Below are positions 1 to 24,700 of a stretch of 64,000 nucleotides of DNA, piece after piece. Position 1 is the first letter of the stretch, and the number at the start of each line of letters is the position of its first letter. This DNA is from the human T2T-CHM13v2.0 reference genome, Homo sapiens. The notes under the pieces were generated by a model. It saw only the letters and a program-made list of their open reading frames with translations. It did no database searches and was not told where the DNA came from. The stretch lies in assembly GCF_009914755.1 (NCBI RefSeq), contig NC_060925.1. One strand, 5' to 3'. Position numbers and translations under genes: made by a program.

Positions 1-782
<782 letters not shown>

Positions 783-1854
783 TAGTACTTGAACACATCA
801 TGATGTATTAGACTCTTAAATATTTGTTACATTAATCATGTAATGAAACAGACTGTTATTGTGCTTCTGGAGACAAGATGAGCTCTTGAGTTGTTATAGA
901 AACTTACTGTGGATTTAATATTTGAAAATGCTTTTCTGTTCCATGTTTTAGTACCTCATTTGATCCTAGTAATAAATCGTTGGTGTAGGATAGTTATTAT
1001 CACCGCTATTTTATAGATAAGAATATTAAAGTTCAGACAGTCCAAATAATTTGCCCTGGGACCTACATATACGCCTTAGGCTGCCTCAATTATATTTGAA
1101 ATTGATATAATTTGTGTCCTGAAACATGTGCCTTTTACTTAGTAGAAATTCAACATTTTGCTCGAGTGATTGGATAAGTTACAGAATCAATGGAAAGAAT
1201 CTCGTTTGAAAGCCTAAACTTGTTCAGTAGCCATGAAATATAACTTTTGAGCTTTTCCTTTCCTGAGAAGTATAGAGAGTGAAGTTTCTGTTTAATGTTA
1301 ATCAACTGTGGATTTGTCTGTGTGTGTGCATGTAAGTGCCAGAAATTTAGAGTAAGTTATAGACCTGTCTGGGTAACTGAAATAGCTTGAACATCATCAC
1401 ACTGACAGTTAATAATGTCATTCATGAGTATTAATTTATTATTAAATAAGATTCAGGTGAATATGAATTGGTAGCTTAACATTAGATTTTAATCCTCACA
1501 AAAGCAATGTATTCTTAAGTATGTTCAACTTAATTATCTCTATTAATGAAGGAGTGTAGTGGTTATATATTTTTAATCATTGTTTCTTTAATGTATCTTT
1601 TATATAAATTCGAGTGTTTTATATATAAGTGTGAAAATGACTTTAGAAGCTACAATGTTGCTTGGCTTCTCTATCCAGATTGCCTGACCAGAACTCTTTC
1701 TAGTTTATCATCCATATTGGAGACACCATCTAAAATGAAACCAAAGAGCCAGTTTAAAATAAGTTGCTGTACTTAGAGATAAGAAGTTTGATTGAAAAGG
1801 TATGCTAGGTCAGGAAGCATAGTGGAAATTAGAATTACGATGAAGCTGAAACTG

Positions 1855-2218
<364 letters not shown>

Positions 2219-3070
2219 CTACATAGGACTTTATATCTACCTAGAGCTGAGTTTTTTCTGTAAAAGTTATGTAAGTTTTTTTTCTAAATTCATATATGCT
2301 ATAAAACCAATTTCAAACAGCATTTCTAATAGTATTTTCTATCATGAGTAGGTTTTATAAAGGTATTCAATGAATAAGGCATTGTAGTATAATAATCACT
2401 TTATTTGATTTATATTCCTTAATCATAACCACCCTACAAAATACATACTATTACTTATCACCATTTTATAGATAAGGGAAAGGAGGGACAGAGAGATTAA
2501 ATAATTTGCTGTACTAAGTTGTAGAGACAGAATGTGAACTCAGTCTGAGACCAAAGGCATACTTTTATATACTATGGTGACTGACCCTCTGATACTTGGA
2601 TGTGCTTTTTTGTTTTTTAAATAATTTTTTGTAGAGATGAAGTCTTATTATGTTGGCTTGGCTGGTCTTGAACTCCTGGCCTCAAGCGATCCTCCCACCA
2701 TGGCCTCTGAAAGTGTTGAGATTACTGGTGTGATCAGTCCATAGACATGCTTAAACACAGGCTTTACTGCAAAGACTGTGGGTTTTGACTGAGATAAGTC
2801 TTGGTTCATGTCTGAGCTCTGACAAGTTATGCAAGACAAGCCATACACTTAATATCTCAGAACCTCTGTTTCTTAATCTGTAAAATGAATACCTCCTTTT
2901 ACAGATTAAATGAGATCTAAATGAGATAATACCTGTAAATCACCTAGCACAATGCCTGATATACTGTAGGTATTCAAGATTCTCTTACTATTTTTACTTC
3001 TCTCATGAAGTACAGTTATTACAGTTATTAGAAAACATTTAATGCAAACCAGTTTTGACCTGCATTTGTC

Positions 3071-4233
<1,163 letters not shown>

Positions 4234-4594
4234 TTATTAAGATATCTGCTATATGGAGGCTAGATTAGAGTTGAGAGCGTCTGAAGCTTGCCCTCTTCAG
4301 TTAGGCAGAGTGGCATAAGACTTGAACAGTAAATGTAGAACAAACATAATTAATATATATTTATATTCTCTGTAGCTTAAGCTTATAGTATGTGTAAACT
4401 TCTAAGACTGTAGGTTTACCTGGAAGTGGTTGCAATTTCATGTTTAGAAAAGGTGTTTGTTAAAAAAACAAAACTATACAGCATTTGGATTCGAATATTG
4501 GAATCTTGTTCTCAAGGGAAGGTGGTAATCTAACATTAATTATTTAAACACAATCAGCAGCTAGGATTTTTTAAAGTTTGAAAACCTTTGACAA

Positions 4595-5108
4595 CAAAGG
4601 AAGATAAATTGTTCTGTAAAGGCACATGCACTGTTAAGTTTCACAGCACTATTCACAATAGCAAAGACATAGAATCAATCTAGATGCCCATCAGTGGTGA
4701 ACTGGACATAAAACTATGATACATATACACCTGGAATACTATGCAGCTATGAAACATGAGACTATGGCCTTTGCAGCAACATGGATGGAGCTGAAGGCCA
4801 TTATTCTAAACAAATTAATGCAGGAACAGAAAACTAAATACTGCATGCTCTCAGTTATAAGTAGGAGCTAAACATTGAGTACATATGAACACAAAGAAGG
4901 GGACACAATAGACATTGAGGTCTATTTAAGGGTGCAGGGTTGGAGGAGGGTAAGGATTGAAAAATTGCCTATTGGGTATTATGCTGATTACCTGGGTGAC
5001 AAAATTATCTATACACCAAAGCCCCAGGACAGACAATTTACCCATGTAACAAACGTGCATACCTACCCCTTACCTTCAATCTAAAATAAAAGTTGGGGAA
5101 AAAAAAAG
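4595..5108 (+). mobile_element. L1 3' end (old L1PA/L1PB-like)
   Basis: cagcactattcacaatagcaaagac...gcagcaacatggatggagctg...aaataaaagttgg followed by an A-tail. Confidence 0.88.
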
Positions 5109-5304
5109 AATGTTTGACAGTTTGTCAGACCATAAATCCATAAAAACTGCTCATTCTATATTGTTTCAGTTAAATTATTTTCACATTAAATTTTTAAAAA
5201 TCATTTATGAATGCTACAAAGAAAACTATTTTAAGGCCCCTCACCATTCAGGTTTATCCTCAGGCTGAATAGCTAAACATTGTTCTTGATTACCCTTCTA
5301 TGCT

Positions 5305-6046
<742 letters not shown>

Positions 6047-6363
6047 TAATGAGTAATTATATTTTACTTTCTGCATATAGATACGTTTCAGTTGGCATGT
6101 TTTGATACATGCAGTATATCTGAGATTGAGCAATAAATTATGTTTAAAGGAGTCAACTTGAATAGTCTAGTAGGGACAGAGAGACTAAAATTGGGAATTT
6201 TTTTCTCTAGCTTATAAGCTTTATATCTGATTATATGTTATTAATATTTCAAGTTATAAAAACAAACATACTAATGAAAATTGTGAAAATCTGTACTGTT
6301 TTGCCTTTTATGTCCTTTTTTCCTCCTACCCATACCTAGCTATGTTTTTTAAAACAGCAAAGA

Positions 6364-6690
6364 GGCCGGGCAGGGTGGCTCATACCTGCAATCCCAGCAC
6401 TGTGGGAAGCTGAGGCAGGAGGATGGCCTGAGCCTGAGACCAGCCTGGGCAACACAGGGAGACCCCATCTTTACAGATAAAAAAAAATTTAAAAAATTTA
6501 GCTAGGTGTGGTGGCACATGCCTGTGGTTGCAGCTACTCAGGAGGCTGAGGTGGGAGTATAGCTTGAGCCCAGGAGGTAGAGGCAGCAGTGAGCCGTGGC
6601 ATGCCACTGCACTCCAGCCTGGGGAACAGAGTGAGACCCTGTTTCAAAAAATATAAAATAAAATAAGAAAATAAGAAATAAAATAATAAA
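6364..6690 (+). mobile_element. AluJ
   Basis: Alu consensus with a (taaaa)n tail. Confidence 0.93.
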
Positions 6691-7058
6691 ACAAATTGAT
6701 GTTTTCTAAACTAAGTGGTAGTAGAAGAATTGCTTTGTAACACTGGCCAAGTCCTTGTTTTTTCTATGGAAATGTTACGGTTAAACATTTAGTTTTGTGA
6801 GCAAAAAGTGGATGGGTCAGTTTTCTATGAGAAGATTACTAGAGTAGTTTCTCATTCATTTAGTATCTTTGTTGTTACTGAGTCCAGAATATATTTTAAA
6901 AAGTATTTATTGAGTGCATACTGTGTGCAAGGAATTGTTCTATGTACTCTTCGGTAAACCAGTTTTCCTAATAATTAATTTTTAAAAATATAGCAACTTA
7001 ATTTCATCCAGTCTTTCTCTGAAACATATTTAATGCTTTCTTCTGGAATAGACATAGA

Positions 7059-7157
7059 GTGTTCCCTTTGGCAGCACATATACTAAAGTTCGAACGTTAT
7101 GGAGAAGATTAGCATGGCCCTTGCTCAAGGATGCTACACAAATTCATGAAGCATTCC
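7059..7157 (+). pseudogene. U6 snRNA retropseudogene
   Basis: gtgttccctttggcagcacatatactaaagttcgaacgttatggagaagattagcatggcccttgctcaaggatg...gcattcc aligns with U6 along its length. ACAGAGA box is mutated. Flanks aatagacataga / aatagatgtaga resemble a TSD. Confidence 0.93.
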
Positions 7158-7224
7158 CTTAGGGAAGAAAAAATAGATGTAGAATTGGAAACATTACATT
7201 TAAAAAATACAGACTTAGATCCTC

Positions 7225-8286
<1,062 letters not shown>

Positions 8287-9582
8287 TTACTTCTATCCCC
8301 AATCTTCTTAGTTTTGAATCTTTACTAATGATTAGTGCCTGTAGACCCTACCTGGCTTTTACACAAGTCTCTGTTCTTTGTAGAATATCTTTAACTGTTG
8401 TAAGTGGTGGGAAGTGACCATAACAGAATGAGGTAGAGCAGAATTGCATGAGAGTGTGGGGAAATGGGAGGGTGGGAAGGAGTAAGTTCATTTTTACATG
8501 GCACCACACATTGAAAGGAGATCTTAGAGATATTAAGTCGTTTTGTTTCCAAATCAATGCATTTCTGTAAACAGTACAATAGTGAGTGCTGAACGATTTT
8601 TATCTAAACATTAGAATGCAAATAGGTTTTATATTTGTATAGGTAAAGAAATAGCTGAATACTCTTGGTTTTATTTAAATCTAGGAATGGAAATTTTGCA
8701 GCCTATGAAAGAACAAGTTAAAAATGGATACTACTGTAACTTACGTACAGGTGATATTTTCTTAGTAAATAGTTACCTGACACCTTGAGGAAGAAAGAAA
8801 AGGAGAAACAATGAAAAGTTGTTTAACTTAGAACATGATAGGAGCCTGTAAGTTATAGAGTTGGTTAAATGTTATTGAGCAAAATTTTGCTTTTCTTAAG
8901 CACTTAAGAGGGAACTAATTTAGGGGAGGCTATTGTTTCTATCATAAAAATTGAGTTTATTATATCTGTAGCGTAAATTACTTTCTACTTATTTCTTTCA
9001 CTTACATGAAAAAGGTTTTTGGATTTTCCACGAGATTATTATGGATTTCAAGTACAAGATATTGTTGCTCTTCTTCTTGAGTACTGTATCTACTTCTGAG
9101 GTAGTTAGAAAAGAATATATACAAATACCAGTGTCAAAAGTTGTCAGTTATGATGAATTTTATTTGTCATTATTTAGCCTGTAATAATAGGTTATAGTTT
9201 TAAAGTTTTGGCATCATGGAAGATAATGGACAAAAAATTTCAACTGAGCTCAGCATTTCTGTATGTATATACTTTTTTCTGTTGATTTATTTGGAAAAAC
9301 CTTAAAATGTTTGTTTTTTACCCTAGTAGTTGTCTCTGACCAGTGTATAATGTGACATATTTGCATAGCACTTTGTAACTTGTGTGTTTTCATATATACT
9401 CTCTTATGTCATTAACCTCTAGTAGACTGATATTGTTACTAAGGGAGTATAGTGTTTAGAAAATGTAAATATAGCTTACTCTAAAAATCATAACTTAGGA
9501 ATTTAGCCCTTGTTTTTATAATAGAAGGAAAATTGACTTGCAGACTATCTAAGATACTAGGTAGTCTCAAAATGTATATGAA

Positions 9583-10420
<838 letters not shown>

Positions 10421-11317
10421 TGTATTCTATTTTTGAAAAGATGAATATAAATTATTAGTATATGGTGTTTTGAGTATTTTAGAACTTGGTGTAGATCTGT
10501 AATGCAATTAATGAAGATATAAATAATTTATCAGTATCTCATTAGTTTGGGGATGGTGGTAGTAAGTGTGCATTAATGAAACATATGCATTATATAATGT
10601 ATATTTTTTAAATATTTAGACCTGTAAAGTAACTCGTAGTTGGCTGATAAAACTTTGTAAAGCAAGGATCTTTGGGAGCTGCTTTAATAAAAATGAAGGT
10701 AACTAGTATATCACATATATTTAACTATAGATTTTAGTGTGTTTGAAAATCTTTTTCTCTTAAGAATATTAAATAATTACTGAAAATATCTTTGAACATG
10801 AAATAAGCTAATATTTTTTGTATAAAATGCAAAAGTAAATTCTAACCAAGCCATCATCCAAACTCATTAAATCCAAATGAATGGAGTTTAGATGAATGAA
10901 ATTTTCTTGTATATTTTCCCCCAAGAGGTGAGAAGAGATTTAAAAATAATAAAACTGAACTTTATAAATATCAAACATCCAAAAATTTAGAGGAGAATTA
11001 GTGATTAGAAAGCAAGTTCAAGATCGATTAGGGTGACAAACAAAACCCTGAAATATTTTTTGTGCACAGGACTGTAAAGGATTTATAGAAGTACTAGCAA
11101 TGTGATTGCTGTATCAAATCAGTGTGATTGTAATGTCTACATTCATACCCAAAGATTATAATTATGGATCATTATAATAATTATACAATAGTTGATTATT
11201 ATATTTTACTATATAGATATACTCAACGTTTACAATTTACAAATTTATGTGGAACTTTTAGAAAAAGTTGAAATTAGATTAATAGAATTGTGTGTGTGTG
11301 GGTGTGTGTGTGTGTTT

Positions 11318-12258
<941 letters not shown>

Positions 12259-12415
12259 AATAGAGGGGACCTGAGAAATCATATGAAATATTAAATTTTT
12301 AAAAATAGCATAAAAACACTTGTGTCTTATATATAATATTTAGAAGCCGGATAATTGATTCCCCTGGAGGGAAGAGGAAAGGAATAGACTTAGAGTTGTA
12401 GATTAAAGGGGCCTT

Positions 12416-14177
12416 TGCATCCTCATAGCTTAGCTCCCATTTAGGAGTGAGAACATAATGATGTTTGGTTTTTCATTCCTGAATTACTTCACCTAGAATA
12501 ATGGTCTCCAATTCCATCTGGGTTGCTGTGAATGTCATTATTTCATTTCTTTTTATGGCTGAGTAGTACTCCATTGTATATATACCACAATTTATTTGTT
12601 GATTAATAGACATTTGGACTGGTTCCATATTTTCATAATTGCAAATTGTGCTGCTATAAACATGCGTGTGCAAATATCTTTTTCATATAATGACTTCTTT
12701 TCCTCTGTCTAGATACCTAGTAGCAGGATTGCTGGATCAAATGGTAGTTCTACTTTTAGTTCTTTAAGGAATCTCCACATTGTTTTCCATAGTAGTTATA
12801 CTAGTTTACATTCCAGCCAGCAGTGTAAAAGTGTTCCCTTTTCAACACATCCATGCCAACATCTATTTTTATTTTTATTTTTTGATTTTGGCTGTTCTTG
12901 CAGGATTAAAATGGTATCACATTGTGGTTTTGATTTGCATTTCCCTGATAATTAGTGATATTGGGCATTTTTTCATATGTTTATTGGCCATTTGTATATC
13001 TTCTTTTGAGAATTGTCTGTTCATGTCCTTAGCCCAATTTTGGATGGGATTCTTTGTTTTTTTCTTGCTGATTTGCTTGAGTTCCTTGTAGATTCTGGAT
13101 ATTAGTTGTTTGTTGGATGTATAGATTGCAAATATTTTCTCCCACTCTGTGGGTTGTCTGTTTACTCTGCTGATTATTTCTTTTGCTGTGAAGAAACATT
13201 TTAGTCATCTATATTTGTTTTTGTTGCATTTGCTTTTGGGTTTTTGATCATTAAGTCTTTGCCTAAGCCAATGTCTAGTAGGGTTTTTCTAATATTATCT
13301 TCTAGAATTTTTATGGTTTCAGGTCTTAGATTTAAGTCCTTGATCCACCTTGAGTTGATTTTTGTGTAAGGTGAGAGAGGAGGATCCAGTTTCATTCTTC
13401 TGAACGTGGCCAATTATCCAAGCATCGTTTGTTGAATAGGGTGTCCTTTCCCCACTCTATGTTTTTGTTTGCTTTGTTGAAGATCAGTTGGCTGTAAGTA
13501 TTTGGCTTTATTTCTGGGTTCTCTATTCTGTTCCATTGGTCTATGTGCCTATTTTTATAACAGTACCATGCTGTTTTAGTGACTATGGCCTTATAGTATA
13601 GTTTGAAGTCAGGTAATGTGATACCTCCAGATTTGTTCTTTTTGCTTAGTCTTGCTTTGGCTATGCAGGCTCTTTTTTGGTTCCATATGAATTTTAGGAT
13701 TGTTTTTTCTAGTTCTGTGAAGAATGATGCTGGCATTTTGATGGGAATTGCACTGCATTTATAGATTGCTTTTGGCAGTATGGTCATTTTCACAATATTG
13801 ATTCTACGCATCCGTGAGTGTGGGATGTATTTCTATTTATTTGTGTCATCTATGATTTCTTTCAGCAGTGTTTTGTAGTTTTCCTTATAGAGGTCCTTCA
13901 CCTCCTGGGTTAGGTGTATTCCTAAGTATTTTATTTTATTGTTTTGCAGCTATTGTAAAAGGGGTTGAGTTCTTTATTTGATTCTCAGCTTGGTCACTGT
14001 TGGTGTATAGGAGAGCTACAGATTTGTGTACATTGCTTTTGTATCCTGAAACTTTGCTGAATTCATTTATCAGTTCTAGGAGCTTTTTGGATGAGTCTTT
14101 AGTGTTTTCTAAGTATACAATCATATTATCAGCAAACAGCCACACTTTGACTTCCTGTTTATCAATTTGGATGCCTG
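12416..14177 (-). mobile_element. L1 (L1PB-like) fragment, ORF2 RT/C-terminus and 3' region
   Basis: ORF remnants [50 protein letters not shown] and [22 protein letters not shown], with frameshifts between them. Confidence 0.92.
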
Positions 14178-14285
14178 ATTATTTTCATTTTGAGTTTATT
14201 CTACTGTTAGGCAGAATAGTAAATTAAATTTTAATTCTTTATAGGTAATCTGTTACAAATGATCATTTGTTTGCATATATTCTAC

Positions 14286-15008
14286 TTTTTTTTTTTTTTT
14301 TTGAGACAGGGTCTCACTCTGTTGCTCGGGCTGGAGTGCAGTGGTGCCACCATGGTTCACTGCAGCCTCGACCTCCCGAGCTCAAGTGATCCTCTGACTT
14401 CAGCCTCCTGAGTAGCTGGGACTACAAGCATGCACCACCATGCCCAGATAATTTTTGTATTTTTTAGGAGAGACATGGTTTTGCCACATTGCATAGGCTG
14501 GTCTCTAACTCCTGGGCTCAAGTGATCTGCCTGCCCCTGCGCCTGGCCATATTCTACTTTTCAACTTTTAAAAACATACATTATAATAAATAAAGAGCAT
14601 TAATAATAACTGTATTATTATGGGGAATGTTTATATTGATGTTTGGAAATGGAAATGCAAAATTTTCAAAGTATATCCTGACCTTTAATTTTTATTTATT
14701 TATTTATTTATTTTTTTGATTTTTTGAGACAGGGCCTCTCTTTGTTACTCAGGCTGGAGTGCAGTGGTACACAATCTTGGCTCACTGCAGCTTTGACTTC
14801 CCAAACTCAAGGGATACTTCCTCCTCAGACCCCAATAGCTGGGACCACAGGCACAGGCCACCATGCCCAGCTAATTTTTGTATTTTTTGTAGAGACAAGT
14901 TTTCACCATTTTGACCAGACTGGTCTCTCACTCCTGGAGTCAAGTGATCTGCACACCTGGGCCTACCAAAGTGCTGGGTTTACAAGCCTGAGCCACCACG
15001 CCTGGCCT
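14286..15008 (-). mobile_element. Two antisense AluJ elements (14286-14548; 14688-15008)
   Basis: Alu consensus; TSD atattctact around the first. Confidence 0.9.
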
Positions 15009-16703
15009 AAATTTTCACTTGAAAAGAAGTTAGAGCATTGCTGTTATAATAGGGACATTATGGTCTTGTTTGCACAGAATAAACAAGACTTCCTTGAACA
15101 GATATGAAATCATTGTTTGACATTTTCCAGGAGAATTAGATGCCTCTGCCAAATGTAAGTTGCTGGAAACTTACTCTCCTTCCATATAGAGATAAAGGCA
15201 CCAGGATGTCCTGGAATTTTACAATAGCATGTAGTGGGAGCCAGGGAGCCTGATATAAGCTATATAGGCTGGTGTCTCCAGTTACTAGTAGTGACCTTGA
15301 ACAAATCATCTACTTCTCTATTCACTATTTTCGTCATTTTAAAGTGAAGAAATTATATTAGATGATTTCTAAAACATATTATACCTCTAAAGTGCTATAA
15401 TTTTATTTCACATTGGACAAAATTGAGATAGATGATTACAAAGTCTATGTATTCTTTCCTCTAAGCTTGATCCTCTATTTGTAACAGAGATATATTATTC
15501 AATTTTTGTCTCTGAAAGTCAAATTAAATGCTTAAGATCGTTTTTTCCAATAGTTATAATCTATGTATATTTAATAGTGAGTATACGTATTTTACCATTA
15601 AAAATTTTATCCTTATATTCATGGTGCTGCATTGTTCGTGTTTGGAGCATATTCAGTTGAGGGTAGGAATTGCTGAATTTAGTAAGCTAGACTTAATGCT
15701 TTTAGGAATAGATCTCTCTGTAACTATGGTACTTAGCCTAATGTAGGCATGAAATAATGATTGTTGAATCTCTTTGAATATATTATATATATTACAATAA
15801 TTAGGAGTTAAGGATCATATATATACAACCATACCTAAACCATGGTAGCTTGGTTGTAGCAACCTGGTAGCTTGATAGCTTGGGCTGTGAGAGCTCTAAA
15901 GAGATATACTATAAACAGGGTTCACATTTGAAAAAATTTAGGTAGAAGTTGGACTCATGGAAAAGATAGAGGTGGGGTGAAGAATAGACTAACAGAATGT
16001 CCTTAGAATTAATCCAAATAAATCAGAGCTAGAGCCAAAGTTGTGAAGAAAGCCTGGTTAGGAATGCTATTATTTGGTATGTCCTCAATCTTTAATTTTT
16101 TTAAATCAACTTTATTGAGTTCTAATTTACATACAATAAAATGTACCCATTGAATAAAATGAACCATTATACCCCTGAATTGTAGATTTAAACAAAATCC
16201 ACAATTCAGTGAATTCTGATAAATAAATTCAATCATATAACTACCACACAGTATTTCCACCACTACCAAAAATTCTTTGCTGTCCCTTTGCAGTCAACCC
16301 TCAACCCCAGCCCCTATCTGTAGGTAACCATAAATTTGCATCTGTCACTATAATTTAATTTTGCCTTTTCTAGAATTTTATATATAAATGGAAAGATAAA
16401 GTATACAGTATACTGTTTTGTTTAATTTTTTTTTGCTCAGTATGTTTTTTACTTTTTTTGGGTGCTTTAGTGTGGCAGTATTTTATTCCTTTTTATAGCT
16501 GAGCATTATTCCATTGTATGGATATACCACATAGGATAATTTATTCAAATATTGATGGGCATTTGGAGTATTTCATTTCTGATTTTACAAATAAATCTCT
16601 TATAAATATTCATGTACAAATATTGTTGTGAACATGTGTTTTCAAATTTCTTGGGTATATCTAAGAGTGGAATTGCTAGGTCATATGAAAAGATTATGTT
16701 ATT

Positions 16704-16895
16704 GTTTTCTTCCTTCTCTTCCTTCCCTTCCTTCTGTCCCTCCCCTCCCCTCCTCTTCCCTCCCCTCTCCTCCCCTCCTCTCGTTTCTTCCCATCCTTTC
16801 CTACCTTCCCTTTCTTACCTGTCTTTCTCCCCTTGGTCTCCTCTCCCCTCCCCTTCCCCTCCTCTCTCCTCCCCTTCTCTCCTCTCTCCTATACT

Positions 16896-16900
<5 letters not shown>
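16704..16900. repeat. C/T-rich low-complexity tract
   Basis: About 195 bp of nearly pure pyrimidine (cccct/ctct/cctt units) at the tail of an antisense AluJ. Confidence 0.92.
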
Positions 16901-20166
<3,266 letters not shown>

Positions 20167-21605
20167 AGGTAGATCATTTTTTTGTCTACCATGGTAATGG
20201 TGGTTGATAGTGTTCAGATTTTCTATATTCTTACTGGGTTTTCTTTTTTGTTGTTATTTTACTAATTACTGAGAAAGGTAGGGTAAAAATCTTTAATTAT
20301 GACTGCATTTACCTGTTTTCCCCTTTAGTTATGTTAGTTTTTGCTTTATGTATTTTGAAGGTATGTTATTAGGCACATATGTGTTTTAAAATGGTTATAT
20401 TTTTCTAATGTATTGACCCTTTTATCATGATGAAATGTCCTTCTTTGATTCCAGAAATAAATCTTATGTAACCCATTTTGGCTGATATTACTAAAGTTTC
20501 TTTAATTTTTTTAGTTATTTTTTTCATGATATATCTTTTTTTGTCCTTTTACTTTTTAACCTATATATGTCTTCATATTTAAAGTAAGTCTCCTGGAGTA
20601 ATACTGAATTGCTTTAGGGAAAATATAGGGATTTTGAATTAGTTTCATTGGGGGAAGCTGGGTGAAGGGTACATATGAACTCTTGTACTATTTTTTAAAC
20701 TATGTGAGTCTAAAATTATTTTAAGTCTTCATAATTGCTTGTTGCTGCATTTTTAAGATAGCTTGCTTGAAATTCTTTTCTGACTATTGCAACAACTGTG
20801 TCATCTCTGCATTGTTGTCTGTTGGTTGTCCTTACTCATCCAAGTTGAGACCTTTTTTCTGTTTGTTGGTATAATAAATATACTTACTTTGGATTGTTTC
20901 CTGAACTTTTTGCATATTATGAGACTCTGTTTCCTATTTAAATCTTCTATGTTAATAGACAGCCACTGGGGAGGGAGGAAGAGTACTGCCTCCTTGCAAA
21001 CATTTGCCTTCTATAGGACAGGAATGGTCAGCAGGGCTCTGTGCCACAGTTTCTGTGGCTGTAACCCCTAGTGGGAGGGGGAAGGGCCACCACCTCTGCT
21101 CTCATTGGTTCAAGACGAGGATGGTCAGTAAAGTTCTTTCTTGCTGATTACACAGTAACCAGTTGAAAAGATTTTATTCTGAAAGACTCTTGCCTTCTCA
21201 GGCCTTTGGTTAGAGAAAGTATGTTTTTCTTGGGGCTTTTGTTGTTGTTTTTGTTCTATGCCTTTGAGCAGTTTCAGGTTTTGGGCTGCTGTAGCACCCA
21301 AAGTAGATTACATCTGTAGCAAAAAAAATCTCTAGGGAACTCACTGCTGAGTCATCCGTCAAGATCTGATGTCTCTATCCAATTTACCTTATTTTCTTCA
21401 CCTTTCAGAGTCTTCTGGTAGTTGCTTTTTGTTTCCAATTCAAGGTTTTTGGTTGTAATTAGCAGAAAGAATAAGGTGGAGTGTGCTTATTTCATCTTGA
21501 GTCTCTTGGTTTCTGTTTTTTTTTCTTTTTTCTTTTTGGTGGCAGGTGGAGGAGAGACCTGCAGGCCCTCTCCCTTCTCCCTCTCGGTGTTTTTAAATAT
21601 ACTAG

Positions 21606-21986
<381 letters not shown>

Positions 21987-22239
21987 TAAAAATTTTCTTA
22001 AGACATTTTAAGTCTAGTAATAAAGCCATTTTAATCTGTATCATGATTCATATCTTCTGGTTAATTCTGTAAATATAAAATAGTTTCTTGCATTTATAAT
22101 AATTTGAGAGTAAGAGTAAATTTTATAAATCTGTTACTGTTAGAACTCTAGAAGAATCATAATAATTTTTTTACTAATGTAAACACCTTCTGTTTTATTT
22201 GCTTTATTGATTAGTCCAGCAGTGACTAATTTTATATAG

Positions 22240-23615
<1,376 letters not shown>

Positions 23616-24189
23616 TAAAAGATTGAATATGTGAAAGTCAGAAGAAAGGAGGAATCCAGCTTGAGGAATAATTGCTAGGTTTTTAGATTAAACTATTGGG
23701 TGAATGGGTGCTGCAATTAATGATATATATAAATAGATTTGGGGGGAAATTAAAGCTGCTTTTTGCATCATATAAGTTTCAGACAGCTATAAGGCATTCC
23801 CATTGAGATGTCAAATAGTAGAGTCTATGCATATGGAGCTCAAGAATTTGTCAGTTTACATTTTGCTTTAAAGTTGAGGATTGAATGAGATAACCTAGTG
23901 TATACTAGAAGAGGAGAAGGCCAAAGGCTGAACTCTGTTGCATTCCCAATATTTAGATATCAGATTCCACAGAAGGAATCAGCAAAAGAAGACAGAAGCA
24001 AAATAGAAAGATAAATGGAAACGTAATAGCCAAACTGAGATGGTAGTGTTTTTGCTGCTAAGGTATAGATGAGCAGAAGTATTCACTGCATTTAACATTG
24101 TGGAGCCAAAGATATCTTTGACACAAATAGTTGCATTGTAGAGAGATGTGGTGAAAATGTGGTAAAACCAACTTTTCAGTGAACCAAAG

Positions 24190-24700
24190 CATCTATAGAC
24201 ACACCATACAGAAAAACAGATTCCAGGTGGATTAAAGATTGACATTTAAAAAGCAAAACTTTATGACCTTACTATTGTGAATGATTTCAAACAACATACA
24301 AAAGGTACAAATAAGACATAAAGGAAAAAATAGATAATTTAGGGTATATTGAATTGAAAAACATCTGTAAATCAAGTCAAGTAAGAAGGCAAGTCACAAA
24401 TTAAGAGAAGATATTTATATCACTTGTAACCACCAATAATTAATATCCAGAATTACAATTACTCCTACAACTCAATCAGAGTTCATAGAAACTTAATAGA
24501 AAAGGGGGCAAAGGATATAAACAGGTAATTCACAGAAGAAGAAACCTGCATGGCAGATAAATACATAAAAAGATGCTCAACTTCACTAGCAATCAAGGAA
24601 ATCAGATTAAAACCACAGGACACAATTTCACTGCCCTCAAATTGGCAAAAATAAAAAGTCTTAATACCAGGAATTGGTGATTATTTAAAAACTGAATTTA
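24190..24700 (+). mobile_element. Old L1M ORF2 3' fragment
   Basis: caccatacagaaaaacagattccaggtggattaaaga...aaaagatgctcaacttcactagcaatcaaggaaa. Confidence 0.65.

Noticed and set aside
13201-14145. Reverse-transcriptase-like ORFs suggesting an active element or retron-like system
   Set aside because: They are frameshifted remnants of an old truncated L1 ORF2.
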